A stretch of DNA of 64,000 nt from Marsupella aquatica (lineage: Eukaryota > Plantae > Marchantiophyta), in the NCBI GenBank assembly GCA_973895155.1, contig OZ316891.1:16290148-16354147 (forward strand), written 5' to 3'. Positions 13,101 through 26,393 of this stretch are shown piece after piece. The notes under the pieces are model-generated. The model saw only the letters and a program-made list of their open reading frames with translations. It was not told the DNA's origin and made no database searches. Numbering within the stretch: the stretch's first letter is position 1; each line of letters starts with the position of its first letter. Both the position numbers and the translations under genes were made by a program.

Positions 13101-14138
13101 GGCAAATTCCTGCAAATCATTCAGAGCATGCTCGTCCATGATAGAGATTTTGAGGAGGCGAAGTTTGTTCCTAAGGATCGCCAGCTCTTCCTCCCGGGGC
13201 ACCGGCAACGATTGCAGCTCCATAAAGCACTTCCGAAATCTTTGGAATGCGTTGGCAAAACGTAAATGAGGATCCGCAGAGGGCACACCATCACCCCGCC
13301 AGGCAGCCTCTAAAAGAATCAGGTTTTTTGCCTTCCAAAGAACAGAGGGGTTCGCCTTAAAATAAGTAGCTCTCTTCTTATTAGAGGCCAAGCGGGGTAG
13401 AGGAATCAGACGGAAGGTAATGAGTACAGGATCATGATCAGAGAGCGCCGATGACCCGTCATGAGTGAGATCCACAATCTCAGCAGTCCATCTCCCTTCA
13501 TCACTAAAGTAAAACCGGTGAAGCCTAGATTGAAATAATCTACCATTTCGGACCCTGCGCTAGGTAAAGGATGCACCAGTTACCTGGCCCAGAATGGAGA
13601 TAACATCCACGAGGTCAAATTTAGTTTTAAGAAATCGCCAGAATTCTAGCTCGCGGCCATAGATAAGAGGGGAAGCGCCAGTGGAGTCTTCAACCCTTTC
13701 GGTCATATTGAAATCACCACAGATAATCCAACAGGCTTGCAGTAAAGCATTGAGCAAATCATTCCACAGCAGCAATCTTTCTCCAGCTGAATTAGGCGCG
13801 TACAAACTTACCAATCCAAAATTGCCCTCCGCATGTTCCATCTGGATCCACACCGCCCTTCCACCATCAAGGAGTCCAGATGAGGTCACCTTGAAAGAAG
13901 GATGGATTAAAATAGCCGTTCCGCCCCTGCCCTCATCAGGGGCGGAGAAAAAGTGCTGAAAAGAAGGTAGAATTGTTCGTAGCACTGTGTCCAGTCTGAA
14001 ACCCTCCACCTTAATCTCCTGAAGGGCCAGCGCATCAAGGGGAGGGCGTAGAGAGGAGGCCCACTTGAGTACAACATGTTTCCAATCTGGATTACAAAGA
14101 CCACAGACGTTCCAAGAGGCGAAATGGAAAATACCCAT
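10179..14138 (-). pseudogene. LINE ORF2: APE endonuclease, reverse transcriptase, zf-RVT; two in-frame stops (13560, 10410)
   Basis: SWNVCG, LQE, GDFN, SDHDP; KAPGIDG, LDFEKAFD, GVRQGCPLSP, FADD, KYLG; CVLC...HIFFSC. Confidence 0.92.
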
Positions 14139-14195
14139 TCTCCTAGTAAATCCATCACCTCAGCTCCCTCCTTAGAGAGAGCGACTAGAGCATCC

Positions 14196-16405
14196 TCATA
14201 AAGGAGTGAGCGGGGACTCCGTAGGTCCCAGCATCAGCAAGGTCAAGACGAGAGGAGGACTTAGAATTGAGTCCGCAGATAGAGATTCAAAAGTCGCTGA
14301 GGCAGCACCAATTCCTTCAGCATCAGCCGTGGATAGCTTCTTCGATTCCCGAGAGAGTCTCCTCTCAGGTGTGACCCAACCAACTGCATCCTGCGATTTA
14401 GAATCCAAAGTGAAATGTAAGGAGCATTGTTTTCGGGCTTTTTTCTTTCCCTTATCTTTCTTTTTATCTTCAGGTGGGGAACGCCGAGCCAATTTCCTTG
14501 CTCGGTCCTTCTTAATGGCAGAGCGCGAGACAATGTCTTCGTATTCTGATAATTCCATATCAGAAGGTATATCAGAGGGCGACAATTCTTCTTCCATGAC
14601 ATTTAAATCCTCAGATCCACCATGGGAAGACGGTACCAAAATCTCCGCAACAGGAGCACCTGAATTTGTGGTCAAATCAGGCATGGGAGTCAAAGGTAGA
14701 GGACACAAATGAGTCTCAGAGGGCAGCACCAAATTTTGAAGCTCATGGATGACTCTTGGGAGTTCAGTATTGCACGCTAGTAGAAGCGAAGAGGGGTCGC
14801 AAGGAACTATATCAATAGCTGCCTCCTCAATCTCCCGAATTGTCACCACAGAGCAGGGATCAGCATCCACGCCTCCAATGCTACCAAAAAGTATAATCTC
14901 AGAAGATGTAGCCTCTACGGGGGGTGCCTCGACATTTGCAGCAGGTTCCTCAACGGGGTTAATTGTAGCATCGGGAGCAGGTGGGACTAACAACGGGTTC
15001 GGCATTTGAGTAGCTCTTTCTGGACTGGGCGCCTTCAAAGGGCAATCTAAACCCGCGGCAGGGGGGAGTCCGCAGTGCGGTGGCTCGGGGCAGGTGTCAG
15101 TTCTTCCTCATCGTGGGCTCTACAATCTCTCGCCAAATGGCCCTTCTTGCTGCACCGAAAGCAGTGAAAGGGAATGTTCTTAAAGATCACCGGTTGCCAT
15201 ATAGAAAGCCCGTTCTTGATTAGTACCTCAACACTCAGTGGTAATTCTCGTTGTGTATCCCACAGGATGCAGGCACGATCATGGGGGTACAAGCTTAACT
15301 CCTCACCTTGGATATAATGTAAAATGTCACCCAAAGATGCAGCCAGCTTCCTGTGGCACGGTTCCAGAACTAAAGCCTGAAAAGGAATTTCAATCCAAAC
15401 CGGAAGAAGGGTGTACGATTCACTGTTGATATCAAAAGAAGGATCCCACGGAAAGGTGAAAATGAACTTTCTATCCAGGAACCAAGGAGCTTCAGCAAGA
15501 GCCAAGTCGCGGTGAGCAGGGTCCTTGAAGACGATCATGTAGAAGTTTTTCCCCACAAACTTAACTTGAGAGATTGGCCATTTCAAATCCACAACAAAGG
15601 TCTTGTTCACCCAAAATTTAAATGTCGGAAGCAGAGGCGGGCAATCGGTGAAGTAACACATCATTGTGCAGTTGAAAAGTTCTTTCACAGTCTCAGTTGC
15701 TTCCTCTAGGGACCACTCGATGGTGGTATGCAGTTTAGAAGGCCAGTCTTGAACTGACAAGTCTGCAATTTGCCTCAGAATGGGGATACAAGCTTCGGCT
15801 TCTTCAGCACGATGATCTGCCTGAGAGCGACTCAAGGGTGGGGCACTCGAAGCACCAGGATCAGCAATTCCAGGTGGGCGAGTGAATTTACCAGCTCCAA
15901 CACTGGTGCGCACCTCATCGGCAATCCTCCTGTCACCAATGTCATCCTGAAAAAGATTCTCATAAGGATTCATCAGTCTTTCCTCCAGGACCTCCATTGG
16001 CACATGTTCTCGACTATGGGAGTCCCACCGTGAGAAGCCATCCGCCTCAGTGCCGGATGGACGAAGCCCATACCAACTTCGTAATTGATTGACTGGGGCG
16101 CAAATCCCAGGAGTGCTATTAGGAACAGCATTGGAGGGACCGCCAGGGCCCGAACGAGCATCCTGATCAGAGAAAATTGCACCAGAGTTGATTCCTCGAG
16201 GTGAAGAAGGCCTAACAGCCAAAGGTACAAGCGGGGAAGAAGAGGACGAGTTAGCCCAGTGGCCAGCCCCCCCCTCAGCGTCTCGCAAAGACTGTGTATC
16301 TCTCATTGCCTGCCCATCACGTAAGTAAGCTGGGCCAAAAGCAAGTGCTCCTCGACCAGTCATGTGAGCGCCAAATCCCGAACCACCTCTCCGATTAGAA
16401 TTCAT
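14196..16405 (-). pseudogene. LINE ORF1 (DUF4283-like plus CCHC zinc knuckle), broken near 15040
   Basis: LLPVWIEIP and CFRCSKKGHLARDC; two ORF pieces in different frames. Confidence 0.85.
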
Positions 16406-17199
16406 CCCAGGTCAACACCGGGTCGAAGGCAGAGGCGTCCAACAACAAATGCAAAGTGAAAAAGGAACGAGAGTAAAATTATTTAGAAAGTGTCGCATTC
16501 AGCAGCCCATAACAGGGACCAAAATAACTCACCGCTGAAAGTAATACACAAGAAGAAGAAGAGGGGGTCCCACTTCAAGTCTCCAATTGTACGCAGCGTG
16601 AAAAGCGACTCTCCAAAGAGGCAAAACACAAACCAGGAGCCGGGAGCATATTCAACTTCAGCGCACAGACACACATCCAAAGGTTTGCATAAATCTCATC
16701 CGTCGACGGGAGGGAGCAGGGTAAAATGCCAGTGAGTAAGCAAAAGATTATGATGCAGTGTAAAGTAGTATCGGTATCCAGAAGGAGCATAAATCAGCAA
16801 GTAAACTGGCACCGATTCGATGATAACGCTGTAATCCAGAACTCTACGAGACGGTTAAGAAGTCGTCAAGCCCTAATGCACTTAACGCAGACCATGAGCA
16901 TCATTTAGATAACCAAAAGATGCGTTGATCAAATCAGCGCACAAAGTAAAACATCTTCCGGAGGGAAGCAACAGTGATCAGCATCCAAGCAGCGACAATG
17001 ACAGGTCAAGACGAGCCAGAGAAACTAAAAAAATCTAAAAAACCTAAAACGCAGAGCTCTGCCAGGTCTCACAGTCCATTAGGTCTCACAGTCTCTCCGG
17101 ATATTTTTGCTCTTAAAGTAGGTGTTTACAAAATACATGTGCTGGCTAACTACTTTCAAAAATGACATGTGCATAACATTGGTATCATATTTGTTTTGT

Positions 17200-18906
17200 T
17201 TTTTTGCTAAGGAGAAGAGAAATTTTCATTTTTCTGAGAGATCATTTATCTTTTGCTCCATGTTGATTCTTCTTCTCTTTCTTCATCATGTTGGAAAGGG
17301 AGGGAGGGTGCCAAAGAGCGAGGATGGGAGACTGGAAGGAGAGAAAGGAAGGGCACACAAGAGGAGATTGAAGAAAAAAGGAAAAAAATTGTGAATTTAT
17401 CTCCCTCCATATAGCTAAGGGCAACCACACTTGACCCTGTAACACCCCAGCCGCCCCCTATCTTGCGTTCCCTCCCATGCTCTCACCCTTGCCACAACAT
17501 TGCTTTCACAATAGCACCTTGGGACATACATTGCCTCAATATCTTTGCCTCAACTTGACAATTTTTCTCGCCTTGACATATTTTTCTCAGTTTGACATCT
17601 TTTTATCTCCTCAACTTTTTATCATATTGACATGTTTTCTCTCCTTGAGATATTTTCCTCACCCCAATGTTATTTTCAATTTCACATTGACATCTTTTTC
17701 TCACCTTGCCATCTTTCCTCTCTGCACCTTTTTTCTCCTCAACATCTTTTATCACCTTAGCATTTTCTCATGCACCTTGATATAGTTTCTCTTCTTGAGA
17801 TATAATTTTATCTTTGGCATCTCTACTCATCTCAGCATCATATTTTCATTTTCATATTTTTTTCTCTCATGGACATGATTTCCTCACCTTAATTTTCCAT
17901 TTTCCATTTTCCTCACCTTGACATTTTTTTCTCTCATTTAACGTTTTTCTCACCTTGTCATCTTTTTCTCTCCTCGACATATTTTTCTCATCTCAGCATC
18001 TTTTTATCTCCTTGATATCTTTTCCTCACCTCAATGTTTTTTTCTCACCTCAACATCTTCTGGGCAACGAATGGGCATCAGGCTATTTGTATATATATAT
18101 ATATATATATTGTGCCAAAATAATGAGACTTCACACCCATAAACTATGACAAATATTTCTATGGTTTTTCATCACAATTGTCTCACAAAATTTGACTTTT
18201 ATTGTCCCAAAGAAAGCCTTGGAAGCAAAGCAAAGAGGGGGAGAGGCAAGGAGAAAGGGGAAGGGGGGGCACATGGATGAGAAAAGAGGGAGAGGCTTCA
18301 TCTTGCCCCATCCGGTCGCAGGTAAGGGGTGGAAAAAGTGTCAAGTTTATTTTCTCACCTCAAAATCTGTTGCTCTACTTTACATCTTTTTCTGCTCAAA
18401 ATCTTTTTCTCTCCTTTGCACACGTTTCTCTCCTCAACATCTTTTGTTCACCTAGACATATTTTCTCTCCTCAATTTTTTTCTCATCTCAACATCTATTT
18501 CTCTCCTCAACATCTTTTCTCTCCTGGACATATGTTTCTCACTTGGACATCTTTTCTCTCTTTGACATCTTTTTTTCTCCTCTACTTCTTTTATCATCTC
18601 AACATCTTTTCCTCACCTCAACATTATTCTCTCCTCAACATCTTTTCGCTCCTTCACATCTTTTATCGCCTCAACATCTTTTCTCTCCTCGACATCTTCT
18701 ATCACCTCGACATCTTTTCTCTCCTTGACATCTTTTATCACCTCGACATCTTTTCTCTCCTAGACATCTTCTATCACCTCGACATCTTTTGCTCACCTCA
18801 ACATCTTTTCTCTCCTCGACATCTTTTATCATCTCAACATCTTTTCTCTCCTCGACATCCTTTTTCACCTCGACATCTTTTGTGCAACGCACGGGCATTG
18901 GGCTAG
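17200..18906 (+). mobile_element. Two tandem non-autonomous Helitron-like units (left boundary uncertain)
   Basis: 3' end GTGCAACGCAC hairpin, then GGGCATTGGG and CTAG|T at 18882-18907. A degenerate equivalent at 18061-18087 is followed by a (TA)n start of the second unit. Confidence 0.6.
17545..18880. repeat. ~18-bp minisatellite (CCTCGACATCTTTTCTCT / ...TTATCA) in two blocks
   Basis: Direct tandem repeats at about 17545-18060 and 18350-18880; they produce the spurious LLDIFYHLDIFS ORFs. Confidence 0.85.
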
Positions 18907-21091
18907 TAACAGGAAATAATTTTCCAGTTTCCTAGCACGGTGTAAAGACTCAGATTCGTATGTTTGGTATGTGTGCTATATGAGCCAATAAGGTTCCGTT
19001 AGGTTTGTGTGAGAGGATAGTTCTCTCTTGTGAGACATTGAAAAGTTATCTTTCAATGTTGAGCCTTGGAGAGGAGAGCTTGTGTGGTGGCTATGGTAGC
19101 TGAGAGCTCTCTCTATGTAATGTGGATTCCTTGAGTGCAAGGTGCGTTGGCTTGACATACGTGTGTGATCGGATCGGACAGGATTGAATGCGTATTGTTG
19201 GCATTGATCGTTGTTTGGATTCTATTGAGATTATTGTGGGTTTTGGACATGTGTGGACATGAATTCCACTTGTATTCCATTCTCTTGTCTTTGTGATGTG
19301 ACAGTGTGACTATGTTTAGATTCATGTGACAAACAATATATGTTATGTAGCGATGTGTATGCGCACGACATCACAGTTGCCTTGCACAACTCCAAACTGA
19401 AACGACCAGGTCAAAGAGCCGACAGCAAGGCTGGCCTATGTATCCGAGACCACCACCACACGCCAAACTCTTCGCTGAAAAATGGGCATGTAAAATTTGG
19501 GATGCCACAAAAATGTTGCTGAAGAAAGAAACTGTTCAGGTATCTCTATAATTATCCACTTCCGGACTATCTACTGCATTGCCTTTCTCCTAACACACCG
19601 GATTTACCGTTGGAGCAACGCGGTGACACCGAAGATAGAATTCCAAACCAATAAACGGAAGTACATCTGCCTCAACAAGGAGGAAATTCTGAGATGTATT
19701 TACTTTGGACAAAAATTAAGAGGATGGTATGGTGATTGATCTCCTCTTGAAAATTCCTTATCGTACATTGCACGCTCCGGTGCTCAAAGCAAAGCCAGGT
19801 CCACAAGTTTGTGTAGTCTTAGTCTGATGCCAAAAAAGAAACTAAAACTTATATTTCCCAAACATAAATCGATCAGAATACATGTGAAATGTCACAGGAG
19901 TTCATCATGCCACAGTAATGCCCAATCAGTACATTTTGAGGAAAATACACTTTTATACTAATTTAAAGCCAACTCGAATCCTCGCCAAACATGAGCAATC
20001 TCAGCATTTGTCAGGAGTATGGGGAATGACACACAATCTAGCTGATCCCACTTGACGGTATTAAACAAACTCAGCTGCAACAGAAACACACAATTCCCCT
20101 CAAATCCCTCGTTGTTGGATGATAGTGGGTTTGTTCCAAATCCTCCCGTGTTCCGACAGACCTGACCACACGAACTGAAGTCCAGCTCTCCAGCTTACCT
20201 CCTTCGGTTAGGCTATCCCGCATTCACCGCTGCCTCCTTTTTCTCTCTCATTTCATTTCTTGCTGTTTCTCCGCTCCTCCCGCTCTTCACGAGCTGACAA
20301 GGGTCTTCAATTACACCGCCAGGCCTACCAATCAAGCAAACAAAGAGCCCTTTCGGACCAATTTGTTCTGCATACGACACGAACAATCAAAGGCTGTCGT
20401 GAACCAGGTCATTGAAACTTACAGCTTTGGGGATTAACATCTGATCGAAATAAAGTAAGGAGAGATATAGCCTTGGTCAAGCTTCATGCCCTCCACACTG
20501 CCAGGCTACAGACAGTGAGACCTAAACTCAAAAGACTCATTCACGACACCCATCTGCCATCCCAACTTCATATGCACAACAGTTCAGCTCAACTGCGATC
20601 GAGCGCAGCTCAGCTTTCAGCCCAATTCTGCCCAAACGCATACGCATCGACAATCTCCAAACATTCTCTATTGAAATCAGATACAATCCAAAGATCCACT
20701 CAGATGCAGGTACTCTGCCAAACACGTTCGTTTGCCTTTGTTCAACCTTCGAGTATCGAGAACTGGCACCACTCGTTCCCCTTTGCACACCGTTAGCCAA
20801 AATCCTCACACTGTCGTTCAACACCCGGTTACAGTCAGTCTATAATTCACCCTCATCAAATGATGCGGGCGCCATGGAATGAGACTCGGACTTGCCCTCA
20901 AATGCACCTCGGGGTGACGACAGTTTGAGGGTGAGAGCCAGGTCAAGGGCTGATGGAATATTACTCTTACACACTCGTAAATCCTGTCAGGAGAAGAGGT
21001 TACCGGTGTGTAACCATTTCTACAGGGGCCTGCTATAATCATAATTTGGTGTCGTGAAAAGTTGAGTCGGTAACCTCTTTCCGGGCCGGGC

Positions 21092-21268
21092 AGGAGTTAC
21101 GTACGCTAATGCAGGGCAGGGCTGGGGTTATAGGCTGTAACCTGCTCCCGGAATATTCAAAGAAGCTTCTCGGCTACCGCTGGTCAGTTTCTTTTCATAT
21201 TCCGGAAGCAGGGTTATAGCCTAGTAACCCTGCGCCCAAACCTGCATTACCCTATACGTAAGCCTCCT
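21092..21268. repeat. Foldback inverted repeat (MITE-like or hairpin) upstream of the glycosyltransferase gene
   Basis: Arms pair: AGGAG-TTACGTA..TAATGCAGG..GGGTTATAGGCTGTAACCTGCTCCCGGAATAT..AAGAA versus TTCTT..ATATTCCGGAAGCAGGGTTATAGCCTAGTAACCC..CCTGCATTA..TACGTAAG-CTCCT. Confidence 0.75.
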
Positions 21269-22536
21269 ACCCTCAACCTTTGGGACAAAACACAATGTAG
21301 TGAGGTAGTTTGCACGTTTTTACCGGCCCTCCTTATCAGTCACTAAATCCCTGCCGTGACTGGTCGGACGCAAATGGCCCGACCCGGGACAGTCTTGGGG
21401 GTCCTCACAAAATTCACATATTTGAGACTCCTGTTGTAGCCCCTGTGTCTCGTACCCCTCTTTGAGTCCGATATTTTCTTAGCCGTTTTCTTATCTAGCC
21501 TCCTGCGGAGCAGGACAGTAGTGTGAGGCTCCCCGTCCCATCCTCCCGTGTTGCCCGTCGGTGGTTAGGTCGGCCCAGTCCTCTGTACAGCGTCTCGTTA
21601 AACATAGGGGAAAGTTTTGTGTTTACATGCTGCGGTCTTCAGAATTAATATCCAAAATGATCACATCTTTGCTAGTTTGATTTCTCATCCCACTCGATGC
21701 TACTTTATCGCTCACCTTCTTTGTCTGCCGTTCTTCTCGTGGTCGTTCCTCGATTCTGCTGTTCGTCCCTGACTGCACGACGACACAAATGGAACTGATC
21801 CCATCGTGTACCCCGAAAAGTTCATTAAATTCATTTGGCCGGGATAATCTGACTGAGACCGGCTTCCAGGTATTGTCGATACATTTAAGATCTAGATGCC
21901 GTTGATCGGCAGACGTGCGGGAGGCAGTCTTTCCAACTCCCAGGGTACTGCCTCACTGATGGCGGGCGTAGACTTATTCATGATGGGGATGCATTGAGAG
22001 TGTTGATTGGAGCAATTGAGTTTTGAAGCTTACATGTCGCAGTCCGCGAGAGAGTGTGGTAGGTCCGGACGTGACAATTCGTCGAGGAAACCTGCTGTCA
22101 ACCAAGAGTTGATGATTCGCCACGAACGATCGAGCACTTGTGTGAGGTTAAATCGTGAGAAACCGCCGCATCCGGAATATCTCTGCTCGTGCTCTGCGTT
22201 TGGTCTGTCCCCGGCGTCTGAAGAAGTTCCAGTTGTGTTCTGAAAGGCAGGGGTGATGGCTCGCGTGACCATGGTTCTCATATTGTGATGTCAAGTTATG
22301 ATGCCTGCGTTGGCGAGGATAGATTTGTGAAGGAGTTAGTCAAATACTGGCGTGGCGATTTTCAGATTAGGATCTGAGAATTAGATAGGATGGCGAGGAT
22401 ACAGTTGTGAAGAACTTCATAAAATTGACGCAAACAGAGGGACAGAACCAAAACCAAAGGCAAAACCTATAGCCTGTTCAAAGTCGAAGTACTGGAGATA
22501 GATCCGTCGACGGTGGATTTTGTAGATAATCCGGAA

Positions 22537-25500
22537 ATGGCTCCGCCGCATCGGGGTGGGAGTTCTGAGCCCACAACCCCGCTACTCGCAGGTGGGCGGG
22601 ATTTCACCCAAGTATTGCTCAGTCCCCGCATATCAGGAACCAAGAGCCCTATGAACAGGCGATCTTTCTCGTCGAAGCGGATGCAAGAGGGTGACATATT
22701 TTCCTATTTCGAAACAGGTCGTTTCGCAGAAGAGGACGAGTCACCTCGAAGCTTGGGAGTGAGCAAGAAGCTGCGTTTTCTAGAACAATTGCTTCTGGGT
22801 ATCCTTGGCGATTGTTTATTTCGCCGTTCGCTTGTAGCTGTGAACTCTTTCAGTTTGAAAAGGAGCGTAAGACAGTCTCTGTTTTTCTTCTTCGGCATTT
22901 TAATATTCACTTTTCTCCTGGTGAAGATCTCGTCCATGGGATGGCTCAGCCTTGACATGGCCCGTGGTCCCGTTTTCTACCCGTCCAAGGTACGTGTGTT
23001 ATACAGCCTTTGCGTGATTTTTAGGCAGTCGCCCGGGAAAATCGCCCGGGAAAATCGTATCTCGTAGGTGCAGAATTGTCAACCTCCTTCTGCCAACCTA
23101 GTATGGCGCTCTTCAGGATTTTTGGCACCTGGGTAAAGCGTTTGAATCTCACGGGATTAGTCAATTGCCAAACCGCCTCGAAGCGGTTCTTAGTTTTTGG
23201 CTGCACGAAGACGTCCATTGCAGGCCACGTGAAGGTGATAACTGCTGGCCAATCCCGAATTTGAGTGGTTGTACCGATTTGAGGCATTAACGGCGTTTTT
23301 ATTCCAATTGAAATTTGCTGGCAGACCTTACCTGATCGATTAGTGGTGAGGACACTCGGAAACATTGCGACATCTGAAGCTATTCTTGAACAAGTTCCCA
23401 GTCTGGATAGACTTGCTTTTGATCAAAAGTCTGTTCTACTGAACGGGGAAATTAGAATTGCGAAGATTCAGGTATCTTCTGTAAGTTACCTCACACCTTG
23501 GTATTTCAGTATGGCATCTACCATACCATAATAATACAGTAGAAGGCACGTTTTAATCTCATGTAAGCTAATGATTGCTCTTCGACTCAGGTCGTACCGG
23601 ACAAAAATAATCTTTGGGCGAAACCTGACAGTGAGACATTCGAGCAATGCATCGGCCGCAGCGAGAGCTACACAGGCATGTATTCTTCCTTCGATTCAAT
23701 AGCAGAGAGCTAAACTGGAAGTTGGAAGTCAAGAACGAGAAGTGACCACTCCTTGGCCCCACAGTACTTATATGTTCAGGTCCAGACTATTCTATTAGAC
23801 TAAAGCAGTTTCACCGTGTGGGAGGTTGTCTGGTCAGTTAGTGCTTCATTGAGCCGAAGAGTAGGTGAACACGTTTACAAGGGTCTTAAGTTTAGCCTGG
23901 AATGAGCCTGAGACCTACGTTGGTGTCTATTTCCTCGTACCGACAATGATCTTGTGCGAGATTGGCTGTTCGTCTTCGAATGCGATTCAAAAGTGCTGGG
24001 GATAAGTCGAGTAGATTCTACCAAAACTTGATGGCGGAATTACATGCTAAGTAATTGTAGGGAAAACGTTTGGAAGGGTCTTAAGATTATCTTGGAATTA
24101 GCCTGAGACCTGCCTTGGTGTCTATTTCCAGTTATCGACAAAGATCTTATTCCAATTGGGCTGTTTGTCTGAGAATGCGTTTCGAAAGTGCTGGGGATAA
24201 GTCGAGTAGATCCCACCGAAACTTGATGGCTGAATTGCATGCTAAGTAATCGTAGTATCTGACTTTAAGAGGAGTCTCAATTGTTTGCAAAGGTCAGAGT
24301 CTCGATGTTAGTTGTATCTCATGGATAATCGTCACTGTCGGGCTGGGTTCCCCAGATCCGGGTGAAGCAACAAATGGCTACATCCTGGTTAATGCCAACG
24401 GTGGACTGAATCAAATGCGCTCAGGAGTACGTGCAATCACTTTCTCTTTGTTGTTTAGATCGAATCAGTCAGTCGGTCGTCGGAGTTGTCCTTCATTCTA
24501 ATCATTGTGTTTGGAACTGACAGATTTGTGACATGGTGGCAGTCGCAAGAATTATGAATGCCACCTTGATTGTCCCATCTCTTGATCATAGCTCGTTCTG
24601 GGATGACCCCAGGTAATGTCTCTGCCCTTTGAAGATTCATTACTTGTTTATCTTTGAGTTGTGAAGAGCTAAGGCCATCCCGGGATGATGTGTCGTCCGT
24701 CCCTTCGTGCTTGCCTCAGGAACTGGTTTTGTGTTATTGCAGTGAATTCAAGGATATTTTTGACGTGCGCCATTTTATCGATTCACTCAAAGAGGACGTG
24801 CGAATTCTGGAAGCACTTCCTCCATCTGTTGCAGGCATCACTCCCTTGAAGAAAGCTCCTATCTCTTGGTCCAAAGTATGCGAAGGGTGACACCGACTTT
24901 TCTACATTTCTTCTCCTTCTAACGTTTGTCGTTTATTTCTTATTCAATTTATGGGTTTTGGATGTTGGTCCGTAAATTTATTTGTTTTAGTTTCTTCTTT
25001 TGCTCAAACGTGAGTAAGTTTCTAGGCTGTCGTCAACTGTGGCACTTCCTCACCTCCAATGTCTTATGAATTTGACTTTCTGTTGTTTTCCATAGATGCT
25101 AAATTCATTCATTTTGTGCAGGCTTCCTATTTTCGAAATGAGCTAGTTCCCTTGTTGGAACAGCACAAAGTCCTATTCTTCACACATGCTGATTCACGAC
25201 TTGCAAACAACGATATACCAGATTACATTCAACATCTGCGTTGTCGTGTCAATTATCGAGCTCTAAGATATGCTGAGCCAATACAAGCGGCTGGTGATAA
25301 ACTTGTAGCTAGAATGCGGAGCGATGAAAGCCCCTATATTGCCCTGCACCTCAGGTTGCTACTCGTACCTGGTTAGTCTATTGTAGACGCCACTTCAAAG
25401 ACAGCTTGCACCAGGACACAGTTGTCGCTTGATTTTTTGGGAAATGTATTGCAATCACATGTTTAGCTGCAAATCTAACACTGGATCTTCTCGATAATAC

Positions 25501-26393
25501 TACCACCACCTGCAGGTATGAGAAGGATATGCTGGCCTTCACTGGATGCACACACGGGTTGTCCACAGCTGAAGCACAGCAACTCTATGAAATGCGGAAA
25601 AATGTGAAGCATTGGAAAGAAAAAGAGATCGATGGAGAGGAAAGACGAAAACAAGGTGGCTGTCCATTGACTCCACATGAAACTGCCCTTTTGATGAGGG
25701 CATTAGGATATCCATCAGCCACAAAGATCTACATTGTTGCTGGCACAATATATGGGAATAGCAGCATGCGAACCTTGACGCAGGCTTACCCCAATATTTA
25801 TTCTCACGCAACTTTGGCTACTGACGAGGAGTTAGCGGCTCTCAAGGGTTTCCAGAATAGGCTTGCAGGTCTGGACTACACTCTCGCTTTGAAGAGTGAC
25901 ATCTTTATCTACACATACGATGGAAATATGGCTAAGGCTGTACAAGGGCATCGAAGATTTGAGGGCCATGAGAAAACTATCAATCCTGACAGGTAAGCCG
26001 GGCCTTAGGTATTGAGATCCCTGTAAATTTTTACAAACATTTTATAGTGTCAGACCTTCGACAATGAATGCATGTCTTGTTTACTGCATAGTCAGGAATG
26101 GACGATGACGTCATCGTTGAAATTTATTGTCCTCTTGCATTGCCTGCAGGCAAAATCTGGTGAGGCTAGTTGATGATTATGAATCGAACGCCATATCTTG
26201 GAATTTATTCGAAACTGAGGTCAGGAGGTTACACGAAAATCGGACAGGAGCTCCTTCCTGGAGAATATCTGGGGATTCTCCAAAGACTGAGGAGAATTTC
26301 TATGCAAACCCGTTGCCAGGTTGCATCTGTAAGAAGACAGAAGCTAGTAAAACAGTTCAAGCCAGTGCCAGAAGACTACTCAAGGGACTTTGA
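22537..26393 (+). CDS. O-fucosyltransferase-family (GT106) glycosyltransferase, FRIABLE1/RRT-like; exons 22537-22989, 23325-23471, 23591-23675, 24356-24426, 24524-24612, 24743-24875, 25122-25354, 25516-25992, 26150-26393
   Basis: N-terminal TM anchor. Motifs [71 protein letters not shown] and ENFYANP. All splice phases are compatible. Confidence 0.93.
23879..24250. repeat. Diverged ~195-bp tandem duplication in intron 3
   Basis: AAGGGTCTTAAG...GCCTGAGACCT...GTGCTGGGGATAAGTCGAGTAGAT...CATGCTAAGTAAT occurs from 23879 and from 24074. Confidence 0.85.

Larger units (their letters stand above)
9694..17098 (-). mobile_element. Full-length L1-type LINE (~7.4 kb)
   Basis: TSD GGATATTTTTGCTCTT at 9678-9693 and 17099-17114, short A tail, ORF1 plus ORF2. 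The 5' end has GACTGTGAGACCT twice. Confidence 0.92.
8606..18942. mobile_element. Non-autonomous TIR DNA transposon (CACTA-like or PIF/Harbinger-like) hosting a LINE and Helitron pieces
   Basis: Imperfect TIRs C(T)ACCGTGCCAGGAAATAGGAAAA (8606) and TTTTCCAGTTTCCTAGCACGGTG (18942), with TAA on both sides. Confidence 0.55.
8418..19375 (+). repeat. 3' LTR of the PHD-integrase Gypsy, split by an insertion (8418-8605 and 18946-19375)
   Basis: Starts TG after the PPT and ends TCACA. 8428-8543 is repeated at 19255-19370. The flanks rejoin across a TAA duplication. Confidence 0.6.

Noticed and set aside
17477-18906. Hydrophobic repetitive ORFs (e.g. 18202-18906); CRISPR-like periodicity
   Set aside because: Translations of an 18-bp minisatellite; no unique spacers, and the context is eukaryotic.
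19400-20850. Possible divergent minus-strand transcript (GGTAAG donors near 20195 and 20420)
   Set aside because: No recognisable coding exons could be assembled.
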